Origin: a candidate division FCPU426 bacterium
GTDB taxonomy: Bacteria; Oederibacteriota; Muellerivitia; Muellerivitales; Muellerivitaceae
DNA: 64,000 nt
Reading direction: 5' to 3'
Assembly: GCA_963847625.1 (NCBI GenBank)
Contig: CAWKAR010000045.1
Location: forward strand, 111,809-175,808
Each line of letters begins with the position of its first letter. The first letter of the stretch is position 1. Positions 20,039 to 29,214 of this stretch are shown piece after piece. The position numbers and the translations under genes are program-made. The notes under the pieces were generated by a model that did not search any database, was not told where the DNA came from, and saw only the letters and a list, made by a program, of their open reading frames with translations.

Positions 20039-20374
20039 ATGGCAAAGAAACGGTTTTTATCTGAGCAGATAGTGGCTATTCTCCGCGAGGCGGAGAAAGC
20101 TCCCGCCGTTGAGGAAGTTCTCCGAAAGCATGGCATTTCCGAGCAGACTTACTACCGCTGGAAACGCATGTACGGAAGCCTTGGAGTTTCCGAAGTCCAC
20201 CGCATCAAACAGCTGGAAGAAGAAAACCGGAAACTCAAGCAGTTAGCGGGTGATCAGGCCCTGGCTATTCAGGTTCTCCAAGAGCACATAAAAAAAAGGG
20301 GTATTGATCGAGGAGCAAAAAGGCATGGTGGAAGCCCTGAAGGCTCAGGAAGTACCGGAAAGACGAGCCTGTGA
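20039..20374 (+). CDS. IS3 transposase OrfA
   Basis: RFLSEQIVAILRE...HGISEQTYYRWK...LEEENRKLKQL: HTH plus zipper. Confidence 0.9.
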   Translation: MAKKRFLSEQIVAILREAEKAPAVEEVLRKHGISEQTYYRWKRMYGSLGVSEVHRIKQLEEENRKLKQLAGDQALAIQVLQEHIKKRGIDRGAKRHGGSPEGSGSTGKTSL

Positions 20375-21134
20375 TGTTCTTGGGGTAAATCGATCGAGTT
20401 TTCGATATGAGGCCCAGCCAGAAGATCCGTTGAACCAGGTGATCCTGCAGGAAATGGTTAAGTTAGCGCAAAGAAACCGACGTTTCGGAAGCCCTCGGAT
20501 GTTGTGGATGTTGGAACGCAGAGGCCTTGATGTGAATCACAAGCGGGTGGAGAGGCTCTACCAGGTAGCAGGGCTTCAATTACCGCGCAGGAGACCCAGG
20601 AAGAAGAGGGTTCCGACGGAATGGAGAAGGCCCCACCCGGCTTTGGGTTCCAACGAGGTGTGGACGATGGACTTCGTGCATGACCTGACATGGTTCGGGG
20701 GAAAGGTGAAGTTTTTGACGGTGTTGGATGAAGGATTTAGGGAATGCTTGGAGATCCGGGCGGAGAAGCGAATGAGAAGCCGGGACGTGCTGGAGACGCT
20801 GGACGAGTTGATGACGGAGTACGGGACACCAAAGTGCCTGCGGGTGGACAACGGGCCAGAGTTCGTGGCGAAAGAACTGAGGAACTGGCTTGAGGAGAAG
20901 GGCGTAGAGGTGCTATATATCGAACCAGGGAGTCCATGGCAGAATGGATTCATCGAAAGTTTCAACGGAAAGTTTAGGGATGAGTGCCTGAACCAAGAAA
21001 TTTTTCTTTCAAAAGCGGAGGCCCAGGTAGTCGTGGATTGGTGGAGGCAGGTGTATAACTGGCAGAGACCGCACAGCAGTTTGGGGGGAAAAACCCCAAT
21101 GGAAGCAAAGGCCGAAAAGTTGGGCCTTAACTAA
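20304..21134 (+). CDS. IS3 transposase OrfB (integrase core)
   Basis: WTMDFVHD, DNGPEF, PGSPWQNGFIESFNGKFRDECLN, YNWQRPHSSLGGKTP. Confidence 0.93.
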   Translation: MIEEQKGMVEALKAQEVPERRACDVLGVNRSSFRYEAQPEDPLNQVILQEMVKLAQRNRRFGSPRMLWMLERRGLDVNHKRVERLYQVAGLQLPRRRPRKKRVPTEWRRPHPALGSNEVWTMDFVHDLTWFGGKVKFLTVLDEGFRECLEIRAEKRMRSRDVLETLDELMTEYGTPKCLRVDNGPEFVAKELRNWLEEKGVEVLYIEPGSPWQNGFIESFNGKFRDECLNQEIFLSKAEAQVVVDWWRQVYNWQRPHSSLGGKTPMEAKAEKLGLN

Positions 21135-21654
21135 CTTAAATTTGGATCAAACATTGGGGGAAGGTCACTAATAGGGGATAAATATTTTCATATCTATTTA
21201 AATATTTTGAATAATAAATTTGATGGTATCGCATTTTGGATTCTGAAAAAATCAGGGGAAATAACTATGGCATCATCATATCATTTACAAAAAGAATGCA
21301 TATTTTATGATCAATATCATTAGAAAATAAAAACGCTCGTTTTTTTTGAAGAAATAAAGTTCTAACTTTCGACCAATGTAGGCCGCCACACTTTGCTATA
21401 GGCCCCCAGTCTTTAAATTTAAATCTAAAAATCTTCGCTTTGTCCTTACCCTCCTGCATAAAACGACACTATAGCCCCGAATGAACTAAACTTACCCCGA
21501 GTCGGGGCAAATCGGATAGAAAACACGACAAAAATAACAAAGTTAGTCCCGATTCGTGACAAGATTGACTAAAACCCCGACTCATAACGCTAGGTTTGTC
21601 CGGCCGCCGGACAAAATGCCACTCGGAAACCCGAATATTCGGACAGAGGAATTC

Positions 21655-22435
21655 TGGCTTACTGTCCTTACTGTCTTGCTGGTTTACCGCCTCAAATTAC
21701 GGGTTTACAGGCTTACCGGCCTTAAATTAATGGCTTACCGGCTTGCAGGCTTACCGACTTTGAGGCTTACCGACTTACTGGCTTTCCAACTTACCGGCGT
21801 TAAAATAACGGCTTACCGGCTTACTGGCTTGTAGGCTTACCGGCCTTAAATTAACGGCTTACCGCCCAACTTACCGCCTCACCGCCCTGATTTACCGCCT
21901 TACCTGCTTACCGCCCGACTTACCGCCTTACTGATTTACCGGTTTACTGCCTATAGGGGGGCGTACCCCTAGTAGGAAGATCCTCTAGACATTGGCCGGG
22001 AGTTCTGTAGGCATGGGTCGGGGTCCTGTAGGCATGAGTCGGGGTCCTGTAGGCACGGGCCGCGGGTCCTGTGGGTAGGGGCTGCATCCCTGTCGGAAGC
22101 CCTGTCGGAAGGGCCGGGCCCCCTGTCGGAATCCCTGTCGGAAGGCTGGGCCCCTGTCGGAATCCCTGTCGGAAAGGGGCGGGTCTCCCGTCGGAAAAGA
22201 TCCCGGGTTATCGGCTTAGTTCTCGGGTTCTCGGGCAGTTCTCGGGTTCTCGGCCAGTTCCGGGGTTCCGGCCAGTTCCGGGGTTCCGGGCTAGTTCCGG
22301 AGTTATCGGGTTATCGGCCTATTTCTCGGGTTCTCGGCCAGTTCTCGGGTTCCCGGGCAGTTCCGGGGTTCCGGGCAGTTCCCGAGTTCCAGTGGTTCCA
22401 GGCCGGTTCCAGGGTTCCCGGCAGTCCTGCACGCG
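21655..22435. repeat. Composite short-unit tandem repeat array in three blocks
   Basis: ~8-nt GCTTACCG-type units (21655-21950); 21-nt CTGTAGGCA.. units and six exact CCCTGTCGGAA copies (22005-22175); GTTCTCGG/GTTCCGGG units (~22205-22430). Confidence 0.9.
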
Positions 22436-22643
22436 GGTGTTGGGGTCCTCGGTGTTTATTAAATCCCATGAATCCCATGCATGCCAGCCATCAATAATTC
22501 TTTTAATGAGGCTGGTATCGTACCGATTTCTTTAACTGTCTTAATGTGAATCGGCACATCCGTCGCTAGGTATTATTTTAGACAGGTGTGTTTTAAAATG
22601 AGCTTTCAGAGTTAGCCTGAAGCAGGAAAGGGAAGGTGAAATC

Positions 22644-23057
22644 ATGAAATTTCTGACGGAACACCTTTGGTTCAATACCAAGAAGCACCGGGAATACATC
22701 AACGTCACCCCAGAAGTGGAAAAAGCCGTGAAGAAAAGCGGGATTAAAGAAGGCATGGTGCTTGTTTCCGCCATGCATATCACCGCCGGTGTCTACGTGA
22801 ATGACGCGGAAGACGGGCTGATCGGGGATATCGATGAATGGCTTGAAAAGCTGGCCCCTTTTCGCTCGGATTACCGACATCACCGGACAGGGGAAACCAA
22901 CGGGGATTCCCACTTGAAAAGCATGCTCGTACACCACCAGGTGATCGTGCCGGTGACGGAGGGAAAATTGGATTTCGGCCCATGGCAGCAGATTTATTAC
23001 GCTGAGTTCGACGGTCAGAGAAAGAAGAGATTGATCATTAAAGTAATGGGCGAGTAG
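22644..23057 (+). CDS. yjbQ: YjbQ/UPF0047 family protein
   Basis: [36 protein letters not shown]. Confidence 0.9.
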   Translation: MKFLTEHLWFNTKKHREYINVTPEVEKAVKKSGIKEGMVLVSAMHITAGVYVNDAEDGLIGDIDEWLEKLAPFRSDYRHHRTGETNGDSHLKSMLVHHQVIVPVTEGKLDFGPWQQIYYAEFDGQRKKRLIIKVMGE

Positions 23058-23085
23058 CTCCCATAATCCGCGCTAGGAGGTTTAA

Positions 23086-23382
23086 TTGGAATCCTCGAAG
23101 CCTGAATTTGAGAAATACATCTTCGTCTGCGTCAACGAAAGGCCCTCAGGGGAGCGGGTTTCCTGCGGCGGCACAGGTTGCGGAAGGGAAATCGCCGCGC
23201 GCCTTAAGGACGAGGTGAAAAAAGCCGGGTTGGCGGGTAAAATTCGGGTTTCAAAATCACATTGCCTGGATGTTTGCGAGGATGGGCCCAACGCCATTCT
23301 CTATCCGGATAATATCTGGTTTAAAAATATAGATTTAGTTGATATTCCCGCGATCCTTGCAAAAGTTGGAATCCAGCCCTAA
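23086..23382 (+). CDS. Thioredoxin-like [2Fe-2S] ferredoxin
   Basis: FVCVNER...SC...SHCLDVCEDGP...YPDNIWF; TTG start after an AGGAGG RBS. Confidence 0.85.
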   Translation: MESSKPEFEKYIFVCVNERPSGERVSCGGTGCGREIAARLKDEVKKAGLAGKIRVSKSHCLDVCEDGPNAILYPDNIWFKNIDLVDIPAILAKVGIQP

Positions 23383-23414
23383 AGTAGTTGAGTTGTGTGG
23401 AATTTTTTGAAAGT

Positions 23415-23757
23415 GGGGGTGACCGGTTTCGACTGGGGAACTGAACTTTTGGATGCGTGTCGAGGCGCCATCGCTCGTCAAACATGGCAACGGTTTAACT
23501 GCCGACAATCAGTTAGCTCTCGCCGCTTAAAGCGGCTAGCGTTTTACCCTTGATGCCTATTAGGGGGATAAAACGTAAGCAGTAGGCTGGTCCGGATCAG
23601 GGTTGCTCCACCGATGGACGGACGAGAACCAATGGGGCTGGCTCTCCGCCGGCCGCTCGGGAGCGAGCGGGGGGCGAGACTCTTTCCTGAGCTACGCACG
23701 TAGTGTCCATAACGGATGTTTTTCAGGACGTGGGTTCGATTCCCACCACCTCCACCA
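23415..23757 (+). ncRNA. ssrA: tmRNA
   Basis: 5' GGGGGTGACCGGTTTCGAC; 3' GGTTCGATTCCCACCACCTCCACCA; acceptor stem with G3-U wobble; tag ORF ADNQLALAA* at 23501-23530. Confidence 0.96.
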
Positions 23758-23795
23758 TTTTTTATAAAAAAGAATTGAACCCATGGGAAAAGGTT

Positions 23796-23823
23796 CGGGA
23801 AAACAGGGGTTTTCCCGTTTGTT
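23796..23823 (+). terminator. Putative intrinsic terminator after tmRNA
   Basis: CGGGAAAAC-AGGG-GTTTTCCCG hairpin followed by TTTGTT. Confidence 0.55.
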
Positions 23824-23865
23824 CAAAGGGGTACACAGGAGGATTTTCCCATGTGAGCGCGAAGC

Positions 23866-23897
23866 GCGGGTTCCATTCCAATCACCTCCACCATTTT
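23866..23897 (+). repeat. Degenerate direct repeat of the tmRNA 3' end (att-like)
   Basis: GCGGGTTCCATTCCAATCACCTCCACCATTTT matches 23730-23761 at 28 of 32 nt. Confidence 0.8.
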
Positions 23898-24474
23898 ATT
23901 CCGTCATAACCTTGCTGATCCCGTTTCAAACCCATTGCCTAAATTTCTTTCCCTCCTTGATTTTGGTAAATTCCATTTCCATGCGTTGATTTAAATCCAT
24001 TGACAGAGTGTCTCTATTCTCAAAATTAATGAATAGGCTTATAAATTTTTTGAAACCGATTACGAATAAAATACTTTCTCGTCAGGGGACGGCCCTCTGC
24101 ACCGCAGCGTAGGGCAGGGCTTTGGGTCGCCACTTGGTCGGGGTATGCACCGATTCACCGTAAGACTTTTATGATAATCGGTGCTATACCGACCTCTATA
24201 AAAGCTTTATGTAAGGTTGGCATGATCCCGGCCAAGTACACGGCTTATCCCCGGCTAAAGCCGGGGCAAGAAATCAGCCGGTTAAAACCAGTTTGGTATC
24301 CAAAGGGACATTTCAACGCTGAATTCCAACCGCCTCAGTCCCCAAAACCGTCCATCCAGTAAAATCGAGGGATTAACTGCCCGAGTTTTTCCGGGAATTT
24401 AAACTTTGCAAAGCATAGGGCTTTTGTTAAACTACGACTTAATTTATTCCATCTTTAAATAAAGAGGTTCTTAA

Positions 24475-25548
24475 ATGAAATCAATAAAAGTTTTGACTGC
24501 TGGCTTGATTCTTATATTCGCGGCGCAATGTGTTTTTGCCGCTGGGCCCACGTATATTAAAGACACTATCACCGCATCCACTAGTTGGATCAAGGATAAT
24601 AGCCCCTATGTCATCCAAAATGACATCACCGTCGCTAAGGGGGCAATTCTAACCATCGACCCGGGTGTTGAAGTCCAATTTTCGACTCCTCCCACCGCAA
24701 AATCGGGTAAAGAACCAAACCTGGTCATCCAGGGGGGCATTAAAGCTGTTGGCAACGCTACTTCCACCATTTCTTTTGTACCTTCTGTTGCAGGCGGTCT
24801 ATGGGGTGCCATTTATTTTTACAACAGTGATCCGGCCAATTCCGTCCTACAGGGATGCCTTATCAAGGGTGGACACATCGTATGCAACGGTTCCTCGCCG
24901 AACATTTCACAATGTTCCATTTATGGTGGGAAAAGCGGTGTTGAGATTGCCGTGAATTCCCAACCTCAAATTATTAATAACCGTATCACTGCCAACATAT
25001 ACGGCTTAATCCTTTTGTCGGATTCGGCTAACCCGGTTGTTACGAAAAATGAGATTTATAACAATAACTATGGAATTTATTTTAAGGATTTTGGAACGCC
25101 GAATATCTCGGACAACAAAATTTACAACAACCTCAAATATAACCTTGTGAACTACTCGGCAAAACCGCTTTCTATGCCAAATAATGATTTTCACTCCGCT
25201 GATCCACTGGTAGTTGTAAAAACTATTTATGACGGCGCCAGCAATCCTGCTTATGGGCGTTTGACTGTGGTACCTTTCGCCAGCGCAGGTGTGGCTGTTC
25301 CTGGAACAACTACTACCGCCGCAAACCCTGCTCCCGTCGCTAATGTCACACCAGCCGCCGCAGCGGTTGTGTCCGCGCCCCAAGCGAAACCTGCGATCCA
25401 GGAAGAAGATTTCTGGAGTTATGGAAGGCCTTTTGACGCGATGAAAATCAGCAACTTAGAGCAAAACAAACAGCAACCCTCTGGTGTGGTGAAGATACTT
25501 GCGGTTGGTGCTACCGCTGTTGTTACCGCAGTGCTTTTGTTCTTATAA
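24475..25548 (+). CDS. Exported right-handed parallel beta-helix protein with hydrophobic C-terminus
   Basis: Signal peptide; SPYVIQNDITV..LTIDPGVEV start; I.NN.I..N.YGI repeats; Ala/Pro linker; hydrophobic tail. Confidence 0.75.
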   Translation: MKSIKVLTAGLILIFAAQCVFAAGPTYIKDTITASTSWIKDNSPYVIQNDITVAKGAILTIDPGVEVQFSTPPTAKSGKEPNLVIQGGIKAVGNATSTISFVPSVAGGLWGAIYFYNSDPANSVLQGCLIKGGHIVCNGSSPNISQCSIYGGKSGVEIAVNSQPQIINNRITANIYGLILLSDSANPVVTKNEIYNNNYGIYFKDFGTPNISDNKIYNNLKYNLVNYSAKPLSMPNNDFHSADPLVVVKTIYDGASNPAYGRLTVVPFASAGVAVPGTTTTAANPAPVANVTPAAAAVVSAPQAKPAIQEEDFWSYGRPFDAMKISNLEQNKQQPSGVVKILAVGATAVVTAVLLFL

Positions 25549-25837
25549 AATCAATAGGCATTGCCGTTTATCTTCTCGGGCATCTTCAAACATAATTCCT
25601 GCTAAGTTTTTCTTTATAACATCATTCAGTTCCTTACCTGATCCATGCATGAAAAAAGTGATATATTAGAAAGAGAAATATTTTTTTGAACATAGGTTTA
25701 TAACAAACATCCCGCGTAGAAATTACTTTTCTAAACGGCGGTGGTGGAAGAAGAACAGCGCGGAATCAAATTTTCCTTGATTAATAAATCGCACTTGCGG
25801 AAAATCGCCTGATTTTTTCAAAAGGTGGACATGGCTA

Positions 25838-26215
25838 ATGTCACCAACATTTGGTGAAAGACGACTTTCTCCCCGCTACCCGGTTAAAATCCCAATCCGT
25901 TTAAGGCTTTTGAAATCGCCAACAGGTGAGAAAGCCGAAACACAGTTACATAACGGGAACAATGTTATGTCCGACATCGGCCGGACAGGATTTTTCCTGA
26001 CCACCAAGAATTATTTCGAAATCGACTCGGCCCTCGAGATTGAGTTTCCCCTGGAAGAACTAAAAGAAGTCGTGCGGGCCGAAGTGGAAATTGTGCGTGC
26101 GAATAACCAGAATTTCCCCCATCACGGCCGATATGAATATGGTCTTAGGTTCAATTCCATGCATCCTCATTTCCGGGAAGTGCTTGAAAATTATCTGAAG
26201 ATAGTCGCGGGATAA
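25838..26215 (+). CDS. PilZ-domain protein
   Basis: ERRLSPR (RxxxR), DIGRTG (D/NxSxxG-like), YGLRF. Confidence 0.8.
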   Translation: MSPTFGERRLSPRYPVKIPIRLRLLKSPTGEKAETQLHNGNNVMSDIGRTGFFLTTKNYFEIDSALEIEFPLEELKEVVRAEVEIVRANNQNFPHHGRYEYGLRFNSMHPHFREVLENYLKIVAG

Positions 26216-26314
26216 CTGCCAATTTATATTCCTTTCTCAATAGAAAGTTGCCTCGAATGTTGTTCTTGTGCCCCCCGCGTGTTAGAATCTCGTTTATTTT
26301 TCAAAGGAGCTTCC

Positions 26315-26827
26315 ATGCGTTTTATCACCATTTTGTGCTGCTTTTTAGTCGCGTCGGTCTCATTTGCCAAGGATTTCAAGGTCGCGACTGTTGATTTGAA
26401 AAAACTTTTTAACGAGTATCCAGGCAAGAAGAGCGCCGATTTAAAAATGAAGGAATTGATACAGGAAAAACAGAAGGAATTGGCGCCCTTAAAGAAAGAT
26501 TTGGAGAAACTTCAGGAGGAGCTGAGCAGTTCCAGTTCCGTTTTGTCCAAAAGCGAGAAAAAGGAAAAAACTTATGTTTTCCAGAAAAAAATGGACGATT
26601 TCACCAAGCAGCAAACCCAGATGCAATCGGATTTGGCTGACAAGGATACCGAGATGACCCAAAAGCTCCTGGACCGGATCAAGGTTATCATTGGAAAAGT
26701 TTCCAAGGACAAGGGCGTCGACCTGGTTTTGGATTCAGATAAAACTGTTTACGCCAAGGACGCGGTGGACCTGACAGACGATATTTTGAAGTCTTATAAG
26801 GACCTGTCCGCGGATTCCGAAAAGTAA
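26315..26827 (+). CDS. skp: Periplasmic chaperone Skp/OmpH
   Basis: Signal peptide, KVATVD, coiled coil, DLVLD..DLTDDIL; upstream of lpxD. Confidence 0.9.
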   Translation: MRFITILCCFLVASVSFAKDFKVATVDLKKLFNEYPGKKSADLKMKELIQEKQKELAPLKKDLEKLQEELSSSSSVLSKSEKKEKTYVFQKKMDDFTKQQTQMQSDLADKDTEMTQKLLDRIKVIIGKVSKDKGVDLVLDSDKTVYAKDAVDLTDDILKSYKDLSADSEK

Positions 26828-26848
26828 ATAACGATCTTATATATTCCC

Positions 26849-27892
26849 ATGGGCGCTTCCCTCACATTGCAAGATTTGGCCTTGAAGATCGGCGGAACTT
26901 TCAAGGGCGAGGGAACCTTGCGCTTAGAGGGTGTGGCACCCTTAGACTCGGCTAAAGCGGGTGACCTGACATTTATCACCAATCCCCGTTATGCCAAACT
27001 CGCAACAGCCACCCTGGGATCCGCCATCCTTTGCGAAAAAGAAATTCCCGGGGTCTCGAAACCATTTCTTCTGGTTAAAAACCCCTATGCGGCATTGGCC
27101 CGGATCATCAGTTTCTTTTACCCAAGCCGTGTTTTTAACCCTGGCATCCAGGAAGGAGCTTGGGTCCATCCCACAGCCACAGTCCATCCGCACGCCAGCG
27201 TTTTTCCAGGTGTTGCTGTCTCGGCCGGAGTTAGGATCGGCCGGGGTACGGTCTTGTTTCCGGGAGTTTTCATCGGGGAAGAAGCGGTTGTGGGGGAAGA
27301 CTGCATTTTCTACTCGAATGTTACGGTGCGAGAGAAATGCCTGGTCGGGAACCGTGTTATCCTACAGCCAGGCGCGGTTGTGGGCGCTGATGGGTTCGGT
27401 TTCGCTCCCGAGACGGAAGCCTATGTTAAAATTCCGCAAGTGGGAAATGTAATCATCGAGGATGACGTGGAATTGGGGGCGAACACCTGTGTGGATCGGG
27501 CAGCCTTGGGATCTACCCGAATCGGAAAAGGCACGAAAATCGACAATCTTGTCCAGATCGGACATAACGTCGTCATCGGAGTGAATACGGTAATTGTATC
27601 CCAAACGGGCATATCCGGTTCCACACAGGTTGGGGACCACGTCGTGATGGGTGGGCAAGTGGGTTTAGCCGGTCACTTAAAAATTGGTAATCACGTGACT
27701 CTGGCCACAAGAACAGGTGTCATGGAGGATATTCCTGAAAAGGGGGTCTATTGGGGCTCTCCTTCCACCGAAATAGCGAATGAAATGAAAAATGTTGCGG
27801 CTTACCGCCAACTTCCGGCGCTTATCAAGCGCATACGGCAACTGGAAAAAACCCTGGAAGTATTGCGCGACGGCAAAATTCGTGAAAAGTGA
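26849..27892 (+). CDS. lpxD: UDP-3-O-(3-hydroxyacyl)glucosamine N-acyltransferase
   Basis: Hexapeptide repeats, GADGFGF, KIPQVG, KIDNLVQIGHN. Confidence 0.96.
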   Translation: MGASLTLQDLALKIGGTFKGEGTLRLEGVAPLDSAKAGDLTFITNPRYAKLATATLGSAILCEKEIPGVSKPFLLVKNPYAALARIISFFYPSRVFNPGIQEGAWVHPTATVHPHASVFPGVAVSAGVRIGRGTVLFPGVFIGEEAVVGEDCIFYSNVTVREKCLVGNRVILQPGAVVGADGFGFAPETEAYVKIPQVGNVIIEDDVELGANTCVDRAALGSTRIGKGTKIDNLVQIGHNVVIGVNTVIVSQTGISGSTQVGDHVVMGGQVGLAGHLKIGNHVTLATRTGVMEDIPEKGVYWGSPSTEIANEMKNVAAYRQLPALIKRIRQLEKTLEVLRDGKIREK

Positions 27893-27899
27893 AAAGTTC

Positions 27900-29213
27900 A
27901 TGCGTGGACCCAGGACAATCGCCCGGGGATTCCATTTCGAGGGAATCGGTCTCCATACCGGATGCTTTTGCCGGGTCCGCGTGCTTCCGGCTTCTCCGGG
28001 ATCAGGAATATCCTTTTTCCGAACCGACTTACAGGCCCGCATCCCCCTGTCGCCGGATTCCGTCACGAGCACAACAAGGGGAACAACCCTCTCCGGCGAG
28101 AAGGGAGCCACCGTCCATACCATCGAGCATTTTCTCGCCTCGGTGGCGGGGGCCGGCATCGATAACCTACGGGTGGAAATGGATTCGGATGAGATGCCCA
28201 TCCTGGACGGAAGCGCCGATTATTTTTCAAGTGAATTTACAAAAGCGGGATGGACGAACCAAGAAGGCAATTCCGTTCCCTTGATCGTCACCGAGCCTCT
28301 GGAACTCAAGTTTGGAGAGGTGATGGTCAAGGCTGAGCCGGCTGATGGGCTCATTTTGGATGTTTTAATATCCTTCCCTTACCCGGGATTGGAGGAACAA
28401 CGCTGTACTTTTGCCCTGGAGGACGGCTCTTTTGCCAGGGAACTGGCGAAGGCAAGAACCTTTTGCTTCGAGGAAGAAGTGGAGCAACTGCGCAGCAACG
28501 GCTTGATCAAGGGTGGGAACCTCAACTGTGCTGTTGTGATCGGGGAAAAAGGCATTTTGAACGGCCCGCTGCGTTTTAGCGATGAATTCGTCCGGCACAA
28601 GACCTTGGACCTGTTGGGGGACTTGATGTTGTTGAACCGGCCGCTGAGAGCGAAAGTGACCGCCAGAAAAGCCGGACATAAGACGCACTTAGAACTAGTA
28701 AAGGCCTTAGTAAAAAGATTTTCCAAGGAGGAGGGAAGGGTGAACTCAAAGCCAAACGAGCCCAAGACGCTCGATATAGTAGGGATCCAGGGGATTTTGC
28801 CCCACCGGTACCCGTTTTTGCTGGTGGACAGAGTCCTGGAAGTTGAGCCATATAAAAGGTTGGTAGCCATCAAGAACGTAACCGCCAACGAGGCTTTTTT
28901 TCAGGGGCATTTTCCCGGCCATCCCATCATGCCGGGCGTCCTCGTGATCGAGGCGATGGCCCAGGCGGGAGGGATCTGCTTTCTGTGCGATGACCACTCT
29001 GGAAAAATGCTTTATCTTGCCGGCGTGGACAAAGCGCGTTTCCGCAAGCCGGTAATGCCTGGGGACCAAATCCGCTTCGAGATCGATGTCCTGCAAATTA
29101 GGTCCAAGATCGGAAAAATCGCCGGAAAGGCGATCGTCGACGGACAGGTGGCCTGCGAAGCGGAGTTAACCTGCGCTATCATCGACCGGAACGATGAAAA
29201 AGGAGCCCCCTGA
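27900..29213 (+). CDS. lpxC-fabZ: Bifunctional LpxC deacetylase / FabZ dehydratase fusion
   Basis: GIGLHTG, TIEH, ARTF, RHKTLDLLGD (LpxC) then LPHRYPFLLVD, FFQGHFP, PGVLVIEAMAQ (FabZ) in one frame. Confidence 0.93.
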   Translation: MRGPRTIARGFHFEGIGLHTGCFCRVRVLPASPGSGISFFRTDLQARIPLSPDSVTSTTRGTTLSGEKGATVHTIEHFLASVAGAGIDNLRVEMDSDEMPILDGSADYFSSEFTKAGWTNQEGNSVPLIVTEPLELKFGEVMVKAEPADGLILDVLISFPYPGLEEQRCTFALEDGSFARELAKARTFCFEEEVEQLRSNGLIKGGNLNCAVVIGEKGILNGPLRFSDEFVRHKTLDLLGDLMLLNRPLRAKVTARKAGHKTHLELVKALVKRFSKEEGRVNSKPNEPKTLDIVGIQGILPHRYPFLLVDRVLEVEPYKRLVAIKNVTANEAFFQGHFPGHPIMPGVLVIEAMAQAGGICFLCDDHSGKMLYLAGVDKARFRKPVMPGDQIRFEIDVLQIRSKIGKIAGKAIVDGQVACEAELTCAIIDRNDEKGAP

Positions 29214-29214
29214 A

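Larger units (their letters stand above)
19973..21167 (+). mobile_element. IS3-family insertion sequence
   Basis: TG...CA ends; IRL TGACCTTTCCCCCGAAAACTGATCCAAAAATATGTTAG versus IRR (reverse complement) TGACCTTCCCCCAATGTTTGATCCAAATTTAAGTTAG; 4-bp target duplication CTAA. Confidence 0.93.
19090..21323 (+). pseudogene. AT-rich polytopic membrane protein gene interrupted by the IS3 element
   Basis: Hydrophobic ORF runs to the CTAA target site (19969-19972). After removing the IS, the frame continues LIGDKYFHIYLNILNNKFDGIAFW...DQYH* to TAG at 21321-21323. Confidence 0.75.

Noticed and set aside
21584..21650. Integron attC site starting CATAAC
   Set aside because: No matching GTTRRRY end with proper complementarity, and no integron integrase or cassette series.
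21655..22435. CRISPR array
   Set aside because: Units are 8-21 nt, degenerate and contiguous, with no unique spacers; no cas genes in the window.
21556..22535. ORFs 21556-21834 and 22071-22535 as real genes
   Set aside because: They are translations of the repeat array, whose 8-nt period is not codon-phased, and have no recognisable domain.
23703..24362. Short ORFs around the tmRNA 3' end
   Set aside because: They overlap tmRNA, terminator or repeat sequence and show no protein motif.
25700..25830. Riboswitch upstream of the PilZ gene
   Set aside because: Only short hairpins; no recognisable riboswitch consensus.
27792..27899. N-terminal extensions of lpxC-fabZ, gap, tpiA, lpxI and skp in the ORF track
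   Set aside because: Family-like sequence and RBS positions indicate later starts (27900, 45476, 49341, 30008, 26315).
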